Source of the DNA: Stegostoma tigrinum
Lineage: Eukaryota
NCBI RefSeq assembly: GCF_030684315.1
Contig: NC_081394.1
Location: 5,426,163-5,490,162 of the forward strand
Direction: 5' to 3'
Length of the DNA: 64,000 nucleotides
The position numbers were made by a program, and so were the translations under genes. A model generated the notes under the pieces. That model searched no databases. It saw only the letters and a program-made list of their open reading frames with translations, and had not been told where the DNA came from. Shown in pieces: positions 24,546 through 35,415 of the stretch; position 1 is the stretch's first letter, and each line of letters starts with the position of its first letter.

Positions 24546-26560
24546 TGTTGCAAACACTCAGATTTCAGTAAACCAGAATTTATTTAAACACTGTAGTTAA
24601 AATACAAACAAAAGAAAGAGGAATTTAGAATAACTTGACAATTCGGAAACTTAATCGTATAACAGGCACTGTACCTATTACTAATTAACTGTTCCAATTT
24701 AGCAACATCCCATAAACACACCCCTTGGCAAAAAGGTAAATTCAGACACAGATTTGCGGGTTTCCAATCCAGGAAGAAACAACTCAAGAGAGATTTCAGA
24801 CTCGGTCACATTGACTGAAGCCTGCAACCCTTTCTGGGACTCAAACATCTTATTACTACTGCAACTAAAAAAAACTAGAAAGCCTGATCTGGGAGAACTC
24901 CCCTTCCATTGTTACAACTGTGTTAAAAAAACCTAAAATCTTCCTAAATTACCAACTTAGATCAGCTCCCTAGCCACTTCAATTCTTATGCCTTTACAAC
25001 CTATTTTTTTAAAAAATCAGGACAAAGTTAACTTTTTAAAGTGACAACAGTCACACACCCCCTTTAAAACAATGAACCATCAATATACAAAGATGGTTTA
25101 TGTTAAAACCCTAAGTCTGACTCTGTTAGTTTGCTGTGATACATGTACATTCCATTGTTTCCAGTGATTGAATGCAACCATTCCTCCTTCATTCTATTTC
25201 AGTCCGTTGACTCCTGCCACCAAACTTCTCCATCTTTCTTGATCCAAATCACAACAATGTGTTGGCATTAACGGTTTCTCATCCTGTCACATGTATAATT
25301 TTCAAATTGAATGGCTGCGATAATAGCACCATCTCAACAGTCTGGAATTTCTGTCCTTAAATCACTCCAAAATCTTTAATGGGTTATGATCAAGATATAC
25401 AATTGTGTCAGACACATTACAGGCAATATAAATGTTGTAACACCAAATTCAAGGGCTCCTTCTCAATCGTGGAATATTTCTGTTGCTGATTATTCAGTTT
25501 CCTGGAGAAATACCCGAGAGGTCTTTCAATCTTCTCATTGTCTTGTTATAAGAGTAGATCACCGACACTCACTTCAATAACCACCTTGAATGGCTTTGTG
25601 TAATGAGTTGTGGCTAACCCTGGGGTGGTGGTTAACACAGCTTTCAGCCTGTCGAGTACCTCCTGACAATCTGCCGCACACTGCACTTCTTCAATAAGAC
25701 AGTCAGCGGAGAACCACACTGTTAAAATTCAGTACGAATTTCCAATAAAACCCACTCTTCAGCAATGGGAAACCCGCCAATAAACTTTGTTTTTACAATG
25801 CATGGGGCCAACTGTCCACGTCCAGTAACATTACTCAAAAATGTGAATTGGGCTTTGGTGAATCCACTCTCAGCCAGGTTTATCACCAAGGCTGGCTCCT
25901 GAAATTGATCAAATAATTCAGATAAATGCTGCAAATATTCCTTCCGTGTTTGATGAAAAACCACCAGGTTGACATTGTACACCGGGCAAATGGGTAATCT
26001 GGAAATGTCTTAACTGGTTAGTCTCGGAAATGTCGCTAGCACTTTTTTCAGACCAAATGGCCTGACTTTAAATTGATATAGTTCATTCAGTGGCATGAAA
26101 TCCAAACTTGTTTTTGTTGTTTTGTATAGAAGTACCAGACACTATCCTCTGAGTAAGTCCAACTTAGAAATAAGGGTTGCTCATCCCGCTTTCTCAATGC
26201 AGTCTTCCAAATGCAGAACAGGTCATGAATCAGACTTTGTGACTGCATAGACATTGCAATAGTCCACACATAATTGCTGGGGACCGTCGGGTTTTGGCAT
26301 CATGACTATGGGTGAGCTCCAGTCTCTGTAACTCACTTTGATTAATTGTGTTGTCTTTGAGTGTGCTTTCAATCTCATCTCGAACCTGTATCACCCTTAC
26401 AGCGCTAAGTCTATTAGGATGTTGCTGAATTGGACATCATGCAGAGCTGGATTCGCCCTTCCCAGTTTATTTCCACATAACTCCCCATGTGATTGTAACA
26501 TCTCTTTCAGGTCATTTTGATTTTCTTCTGGAAAGTAACTCAATAATTTATACCAGTTTT
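24546..26560 (-). mobile_element. Degenerate Gypsy RT-RNase H plus PPT and 3' LTR (LTR truncated in units B-D)
   Basis: QHLSELFDQF...LVINLAES...FTFL (RT) and KPFxVVIEVS..G...YFSRKLNNQQQKYSTIEKE (RNase H). Purine tract ttttaaaggggg at 25069-25058 then TG; LTR-like segment with AATAAA ending in CA near 24546. Confidence 0.75.
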
Positions 26561-29065
26561 GAGAACTTGGTCACAATGTCCATGGAACATTCTGGAAGTT
26601 ACCTTTTCACAGATCAGCACATGGTGTGACTGATGATCCACACAGTGAAAGGTGGTCCTGCATGTTCCTGAGACTGTGGCTGGCAAAAGTAGGGAAAGGA
26701 GATGAAACAGATTGTCAGGCAACTCAGTTTCTCCAGAAGGCCTCATTCTGAATGCTTAGCTGAACTCTAAGAGTCACCAGTTGATGAGCTCAGCCAGGGT
26801 TTATTATGTTGGACTAAAGTATGTTTTCATTGATTTTGATGTGTTGTTTCAGCATCTATAGGCTCAATTGGACAAGGTTAAGAGGGTGTGAAATGAGGGA
26901 AAGCTTCTGACAATAAAGTGGCTCTGCTGTCGAATTGACAATGTCAGAGTTGTAAGAATAGCAGTTCTTTATCAAAGCAGATTTCTAATTCTTTGCAATC
27001 ATCATTTAAAGCTTGGCATCATTATTATCCGGTGAACTGGTTCAGTACAGAGTGTGGACTGAGCGAGCAGGATGGAGAAGGCGTGGGATAATAGCTTTCA
27101 AACTTAAGGTTTCTAATGCAGCTTAAAGTTCACAGCATCCGTCAAATATCAATCATCAACTCCACTAAAAATTCCATGGGGTTGAAGATGACTGTCCCCC
27201 CCCAGCGGAGATGGCGAGGTGGTGAGTGCAGGGTGCAGGATTAAAAATTGCTGGGATTGGAATCAAGGATTCCGATCTGCCCAGCCAGTTTTTAACAGCC
27301 TCCAGAATGGGTCTGACTTTGTGAAAACCGCGGCGTAACTGTATGGGATTGTGTTGGTGGTCCAGACTTGGACGTTGGTAAGTCATTGCTGATCTCAGCC
27401 TCTCCAATGGCAATCACCAGACAGCTACTGCAATGAGCTAATTCAGAGACAGGGTTAGAGCAACTCAGCTGCAGCCACCCCCCAGCCCAGGGGCTCATTC
27501 TCCATTCGCTGTGTCTGCATGATCGGGTGATGCTGGTGAAAGCACCTCCATTTCACTTGGTTCAAGCAGATCATTCGAAGGGTCTTGATGACAGCTTTTG
27601 TTTTCATTCCTAGGAGAGAGAAACCAGCAGAGTTCAGGTGAAAACAATCCAACTGTTTGGACAGGGGAGTAAAGCAGCTGCTCAGAAGCACACACCCATG
27701 AAATGGCACTCAACAGCGTGGGACGAATGGCAGCTCGAAAATGCGCATCAGGAGCTGCACGCTGATGGAGCCCTCAGAGAGTCGAGGAGAGGAGGCTTGT
27801 AGGAGGCGATGGGCTGGACACTCCACAGGAGCTGTGCTGACCGACGAAGGGAGGGCCACAGGAGACAGGGAGAGAACCCTGCAACAGTTCCTCATCCCAC
27901 TGTGAGTGGAAAGATGGTGAGCACAGCGATGTGGATATTGAGTGGAACAAGGAAAGCCAGGATGGGATTCCTAATGACGGAATCCTCCAATTCCCAACTT
28001 CGAGGGAAGGTTTGAAAAGGCTGAGGCGAGTTATATAGCAGCTGTAACGTGGGATACAGGAATGACCAAAAACAATCTGACACTGAGACACACACAAGCA
28101 ATGAGACATTCCTTGAAAATCAGCTTCAATGAGCACTGCGTGGGTGTGGCTTAGGGTGCATTGATCCCAGCATTCACTCGAGTGAAACTTTCTTACATTC
28201 CCTTAAAAACAAATACATCACACATTTCCTAAAGAGACAAGACTGTGCACAGGCCTCCAGTTTGCTTCTGATACATATCCTTATAGAACCTGCAGCAAGA
28301 TCTCCTTCCTCTGACCCACCTGCAAGGAAGGTGACTATCCCATTCCCCTTCCTCATTCCTTACATGGTAACTTAGCGATTTGTCTACAATTTCCTCTGAA
28401 TGACACATTCACTGGCCTTTCACCTTGTAAAAATAGCCTTTTCCATTCACTCTTCACTTTTTTTTACACAAGCCACGACAGTTATGGTCCAGTCAATTAT
28501 CCAGCCTACCCCTGTTTGCAGCCTCTGTATCCTCCTCGCAGCTTACTTTCCCACTGAGCTTTGTATCATCAGCAAACTGGGACAATTATTCTCTATCCCC
28601 TCATCCCAGTCGCTGATATAGATTGTGAGTCACTGAAGTCCCAGCACTGATCCTTACAGCACCAGTTACATCCTGACAGCTGAAAATGACCGATTTGTTC
28701 CTGCTCTGTTCCTGTGCATTAACCAATCCTCAGTCCATTCTGTATAGCCACCTCATTCTATGAGCCCTCATCTTGTGCGACAACTTATTGTGAGTCACCT
28801 ACTTAAATACCTCCTGAAATTCCTGATATATGCCCCATCCTCTGGTTTTCCAGTGGGATACCTCTTGCTCCGTTCCAATCCATGAGGACTATTCAGCAAC
28901 AAGAGGATGACAAGCAGGAAGTGACTGGGTGATGCTGCTCAGGCTGGATTGAAGCATCCTCACAGCTCAGGGAATGGACAGGGGCAGAGCGCAACAACAT
29001 TTCATGCAGTTTCATACAAAGAAAAAAGGGTAACCATGGAAATTGTGAAACATTCCAGAACTCAC

Positions 29066-32000
29066 CACCTTTTTCGCTTCCAAATGTTATAAACCACAAG
29101 TACAACAACAACAAAAACAGCAACAATCCCGATTCCCAATCCAACTCTTGCTCCAGTGGAGATTCCAGGACCTACAGACAGAATGAAGACATGAGCAAAC
29201 TGGGACACATGAACAAAACTAACAGCAGAGACCCTCAGCACCTAGTGTTTCAGAATGAGCCCCACTACAAACAGATCCCTGGGCGATTCTAGTCCTGGAG
29301 GGATGTGGGAGGCTAGATCACATAGATGAGAATATAGCTGCAGATAAACAGATATAAACCAATCGCATTGAACACAATCATAATTATAATCCTCTGATAC
29401 ACACCTCCTTTACGCACAGACATACGCACAAACAAACAGAGAAAATAGATTACTCGCGTGAGTGGAGAAAGCCGGAAAGTCAGTTCAGGCATCTTTCGTA
29501 ATTAGTTTCCTGCAAGTTGCAACTGAACTTTTTACAAGCTCAGAGAATGGGCAGCTTCTGCGGCGAACAACGGCACAATCTTTTGTCTCATTCGTTCTGT
29601 GTCTCTGGGAATTGTTTTCCACCACTCTCCGAATTCAAAAGGGATGGAAAGTGGGAGAGTGAAAAGAAGGCAAGAGATAAGGAAAGGATAACTGGGAACG
29701 CTTCACGGTGTCCTCCTCAGATCAAAAGGGAAAGTACCGAGGGTGGAAGTGAAAGTCAGAAGCCAATGGTGTTTCCACGGTACCAAGGTGGGACACTTGC
29801 ATTCAGAATGCTGGAGGTTCAACTGGAAACAGATAGGACGGATTGGAGTTTGTAAGAATGAGTCTGAAAAAGAAAGAAATCAGGTTGTAGCTCGAATTAA
29901 AATTAGAGGTAGACTCTGCCGTGAATGTCACAAAAATTCATAGCATAGATGAGAAATACGAAGGATTTTTGTGTACGGGCCATTTTCTTCAAAGGAAGAA
30001 TCCAAGTTGATAACTATTCTCAGAGATACAAGGGCTACTCAAACTCTCTTGAGGGAGTAGGATTTAATTTTCCATTCAGAGATTTTAATGAAAGCCACCG
30101 TGTTGGGAAATGGAATAGATGGACAGGATATTCCAGTTTGCTTTCTCCAAAGTCCAACTGAAGCATAGCTTGGGTTGACTGCGCTCATGGTAGTCAGGAC
30201 AGTTAAGAAATGACCTGTAGATGGAATTCTTTTACTTCTGGGGAATGATCTGACAGATGCAAAAGTTTCAACTTTGCTAATTATCACAGAAAGTCCAGCT
30301 GAAGCTTAAATGACAGAACAGTTAGAGGAACAGGTCCCAATATTCTTCCATCCTGTAGCATGACCAGATCAATTGATAAAGAAAGTCCAGCCCAGAGGTC
30401 ACAGTAATACTGCAAACAGATTCTAGGGTCACTGAAGCTCCATTTAAGAATAAAGATAATTCAAAGGAAGCGTTTGGCATGTCTTCATTAACTGAGAATC
30501 AGGAAGCAGAGCCAAATTCGAGAGCGATAGCACAGACAGCTCAGGCTGAGGCTCCGTCTGCTGGAGTTCCAGACTGTCATTATATTTTAAAAAAAGTTCT
30601 GATGAGGAAGTGGAGACATCCTCATTAACCAGTGAATGACAAATAGATGATTGTTCATCAAAACTGGTACTGTCCAGATATTGTGAAGAAACTTTGTGAA
30701 TCGCATGTGAAAGTCCAATAGCAGGAGGTATGAGAATATTGAAAACACAGGCGTCAATAAACAGGTATTTTATATGGGTCAGGGCTTCATAAAGACATAG
30801 TGCAGTTCTGTAAAACATAGACATGTCAGGAAGTAAGAATATTTCAGCATGTAATCACGATACCCACACGAGATTCTGAAGAACCTTTTAGTTGAGGGTT
30901 TGTGGGTTGTGAAGGATCATTTTCATATTTCTGGGAAAGATAATATAATTGCAGATAAATTATCCCAAATGTAAAATGTTAAAATAAGTTCAACATTCAG
31001 GAAATTCTAAGATTGTGTAAGATTCACAAAATGAGAGGATCAATGAAAGTATGTAAATCTTGCTTTGATGCAGTGTAAAGAGGGAGGACGTGTGGCACAG
31101 CGGCTGCGTCCTTGTTTGGGGTCACTACCTCCAGGTTTAAGGACTTCACCATGAGAGAACGTGTGCCTTAGCTGGCCAAACAGGTTGATTATCAACCTGT
31201 AAACCCCTTCTTCAGACCTAGTGTCCTGATCAAGAAAAAAACATGTGGCAGCTGCTGTGAAAAAGTTAAGATTCCCCACATTGATGCTTCCCACACAGGG
31301 TCTCAGTGCGAGCATCATCCTCCCTCTGAGGAACAGGCAGCTCGCAGAAACAACTTTATCCAGCAGGTGAGGGATAATAGGAACTGCAGATGTTGGAGAA
31401 TCTGAGATAACAAGGTGTGGAGCTGGATGAACGCAGCAGGCCAAGCAGCATCGGAGGAGCAGAAAAGCTGACATTTTGGATCTAGACGCTTCATTGTTTT
31501 CTCGAACTGGAAACAGCATACTCATGGAACCAAGTAAATCTCAATAAGATGAGAAAATTCCCTTTCTCCCTGGGACTGGGGTTGGGGGAGCGGAAGGGCA
31601 GCTTACACCTAGATCACTGTTACTCTCCACTGACTTCACTTTCCATCAGTTTCCCAACAGCAGGGTTGCATTCAAAGTGTACTGAGACTCTCCACACAGA
31701 ATTCCAGAAACACTAATGTCAGTGGGAAGCAGGGATCCTCAGAGTCCTGTACCTGAGTGCCATGATGGGATTTGAATTCTCATTCTCTGGATTATTAGAC
31801 CAGGTCTCTGGACTGTTGTCTAGTAACATGACCAACACTGGACACCCCCAAAGAAATGTCTTCAGGCCCCTACTGTATTGCATGTACAGCTATGACTGTG
31901 TTGCCAAATTTTGAATGAACACCATCTGCAAGTTCACTGCTGACTTCAGCATGGTGGGATGGCTATCTAACAACAGAATGGAGTTGGAGGGCTTGGTCAT

Positions 32001-35000
32001 GTGCTGCAATGAAATCAGTCTGTCTCCCAACCTCTGCAAAACTAAAGAATTGATCATTGACTTCAGGAAGAATGGAGGAGAACATGCTTCCATCTATTTC
32101 GATGGAACTGAGGTGGAGAGGATGAAGAGCATGATGTTCCTTGAAATGACAATAACGGACAACCTGTCCTGGACTTGCCACGTAGACGTGACAGTCAAGG
32201 AGACACAGCAATGCCACTTCTCGCTCAGGCGGCTCAGGAAATTGGCATATTGACAAGGTCCCTCACCAACCTCCATAGATGCACCATTGAAAGTGCACTG
32301 TCCGGGTGTATAACGGCCTGGTACGGTAACTCTTCTGCCCAGGACTGTGAGAAACTACAGAAGGCTGTGTGCACAGCCCAGACCATCACAGAAGCCGACC
32401 TGCCATCCGCGGACTCTACTCACACAGCTCACTGCCACAGAAAGGCAGCCAACATCATCAAAGACTCATCACACCCTGGTAATGACCTTCCATAACCTCT
32501 TCCATCAGGCAGAAGATACAGAAGCCTGAAAGCATGTACGAACATGTTCAGGAGCAGCTTCACTCTGGCTGTTATCAGACTGTTGAATGTCTTCTCACCT
32601 CAGCCAATGGAACCTGCAATGTAACCTGCATGCCTCTATTTGCTCTGTACATCCCTTGCATGCTGTGATCTGCCTGTACTACATGTAAACAAAGCTTTTC
32701 ACTGATTTATTGTCACATGTACCAAAATACAATCAATCTGATGGACAGGAAGGGGTCTCTCAAAAACTTAATAACAAATTCCAAGGGCCAGTTCCAGGTA
32801 ACAGTGACCCACATCACTCACTTTAGCAGACTCATTCTTTCATACAATACCACACAGCATTGCAAACCACCAATGTCGCTCCCTGTTTATCCCGCATGAT
32901 CAAATGTAAGATATGAAAACACAGCAATATTTTACACACAGATTTACCTGGTACAGTTGTGTTTGGTCCAGCTGTAGGAGCTCGCTCTAAAGAAAACAAC
33001 ATGCGTTTAGTACAGTGTGTGAAACAAACTGCAGAAATGTTCAGAGATTCTATCGGGCTTTAGGGAAACACATCCAAGGAGGAATGAGGATTGGGTCAAA
33101 CTGATCAGGAGGGATCAAGGACAGAATGGGAGTGAAAATTCCAACAAGATTGTGTTATCTGTAGAATGGAAGTTTTCCAGAGTTTCCCTGAGGAGGATCA
33201 TTCCCAGCAGCTTTCATCCCCCTGTGGGGACAATTCTCACAGGATCCTGGACCAAAAGGGAGACACTTTCAAGCTCAGTCTTCAGAGCCTTGTAAAGGCT
33301 GCATCGGGGGTTCTGTGGGTCCCACGTCCTGCACCCCAACCTCTGGAAACAGAAACGCCATGTTTCTGGGAAGGAAGTGTAGGTTATGGCACATACAGTT
33401 ATATGACATATTGGTCTGTCTTTAGTTTGGCCTGAATTAGACTTGGAGTCTGTTCAGTTATGTTCTGTTTTGTTTTCTCTCTCGTGGTTTAAAACTGATT
33501 GAAGCTCTGAATAAATCAGAGCATGGTTAATGTCAGACTGGAGTCACACAGACCAAGTAAGGGCACCAGGGTTTTATACCAAAACATTGAAACGCAGAAC
33601 AGAGGAGCAGGAGTAGGCCATTCAGCCCTTCAAGCCTGTTCCACCACTCAATATGATCATCACTGATCTTCCAGTTCAGGGATGGTCTCACTAAGACCTT
33701 GTACAATTGTAGCAAGGCATCTCCACTCCTGTACGCAATTCCTGTCACTATGAAGGCCAACGTACCATTTGTCTTCTTCACCACCTGCTATGCTTACCTT
33801 CAGCAACTGGTGTACAGGGACACCCAGGTCTTGTTGCGCCTGCCCCTTTCCCAATCTATCACTGTTCAGATAATTATCTGCCCCCCTGCTTTTGGTTCCA
33901 AAGTGAATGACCTCACATTTATCCAAATTATCTGCATCTGCCAAGCATTTTCCCACTCACTCAACTTATCCAAATCACACTGAAGCATCTCTGCATCCTC
34001 CTCACAGTTCATCTTCCCACCCAGCTTTGTGTTGTCGGCAACCTTTGAGACATTAACTTAAAACCCTCATCTAAATCATTCATATATTGTGTGAATACAT
34101 GGGATTCAAGCACTGAAGCCATTTGGTACCCCACAGATGCCAAGCTAACCGGTCTATATTTCCCTGTTTTCTCTCTCCCTGCTCTTTTTAAAAATTGTAT
34201 GGTTACATTAGCTACCCTCTAATCCATAGGAGCTCTTTCAGAGTCTATAGAATCTTGGACAATAATCAGTAATCCAGCAACATACGCTGGGAGTGTTCTT
34301 ACCTAAAGGGTCATCAGTGATTAGTTTCACAACAATTCAACATCTTCACTGTCACTTTTCTTCTTTCTCTTCCCAGATTTTTATTTAATACCCTGAATTT
34401 AAACCCTGGAAGTCCCATGGTGGGATGTGAATTTTTATTCTCTGGATTATTAGTCCAAGTCTTCACATTTCTCATAACCCCTACACTGCTATCCCCATAG
34501 CATCAGAGATTAAATACACAATACCTAAAACAGAAACCTCTCACCTTTTACAGAGAGATGAACAATTTCAGTTTGCGCCCAATATACACCTACAGTCGTG
34601 CAGAAAATCTGACAGTGATACTCATCCTGGTCTGTCTCCCTGAGGACAGAGATCAGAACTGACCAGTTGCCTTTTTCCAGCTGATCTTTGAACAGGTTTG
34701 TTCTGTTTATGAACTGTGTATCTTGTTCTCTCAAATTATCGTTTCCATAGACAAACTTGTGTACAATTTCCGTCTTGCGTCTCCCCCAGATGACCAGTAA
34801 ATCAGAGACTGGGATTTTCCCTTTGTAGATACAGGGCAGTACAACCTGCTCTCCAAGGAACCCAGAAACTGAGACAGGCGAGTCACCTGCAAAAGAGTGA
34901 AAGTGTTTATCCACAGATATAACCTCCCTGCTGGTACATTACATCCCAAGCTTCACATGGATACATTGAGATGCTGAAATTACAACAACCGCAGCTTCAT

Positions 35001-35415
35001 TTCATTTCTGTGGAAAGGTCAAAGTTCAGGATGGCTCTATTTATCATTAACGGTTCCCTGCGATACATTAATCGGAGTTTAAAAGAGTTTAGAAACGTAT
35101 AAAATTTTGGCAGGACCAGATAGGATCACAGCACTGACCTGAAACAGCAGAAACAGCACTCAGCAGGAGCAGCAGGGGGAGCGGTTTCTGTGAGCAATGT
35201 CCCTGCAACAAGAAAACACTGTGAGCCCCTTTCCCGACACATTCACTGCTCGGAAAGCTTTCCCCCGCATTTACCTCCCTCCATGTCCGCGGGTGGCAGG
35301 CACTGACAGTAAATACCTGCATCTCCTTTCCCGGGACCCGGACTGGGATCAGGATCAGGGCCAGACACCGACAGCAGACCGAGAAGCTGCTGAGAAACAC
35401 TTTGTAAAACTCCAT
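29066..35415 (-). CDS. Gene A: single IgV-domain B7/butyrophilin-like membrane (or secreted) protein, apparently intact
   Basis: Exons: 35415-35317 (MEFYK...KEMQ|gtattt), 35202-35139 leader (GHCSQKPLPLLLLLSAVSAVS), 34886-34545 V (342 nt), 32986-32948 stalk (ERAPTAGPNTTVP), then 29171-29066 TM (GPGISTGARVGLGIGIVAVFVVVVLVVYNIWKRKR) or alternative 31752-31739 (GTGL*). All introns are GT-AG with compatible phases (0,1,1,1). Confidence 0.75.
34545..34886 (-). CDS. Ig V-set exon of gene A
   Basis: ttttgcag|GTGAC...GTAAAAG|gtgaga. Encodes VVLPC...W...QDTQFINRTNLFKDQLEKGNWSVLI...TDQDEYHC, the B7/BTN-type V signature. Confidence 0.9.

Noticed and set aside
27100-28140. Harbinger-like transposon or coding ORFs
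   Set aside because: Only vague resemblance and no defensible motif. Partial similarity to 8050-8330 is explained by old paralogy.
28893-29144. ORF-track peptide MDWESGLLLFLLLLYLWF as a signal peptide
   Set aside because: It is an alternative frame of the TM exon; the phase-1 spliced frame gives the coherent TM plus basic stop-transfer sequence.
35089-35415. 108-aa ORF reading through the 114-nt intron 1 (functional intron retention)
   Set aside because: The intron has canonical GT-AG ends and its length is not frame-preserving in paralogues (116 nt at 20878-20993, 610 nt at 3121-3730), so the open frame is likely chance.
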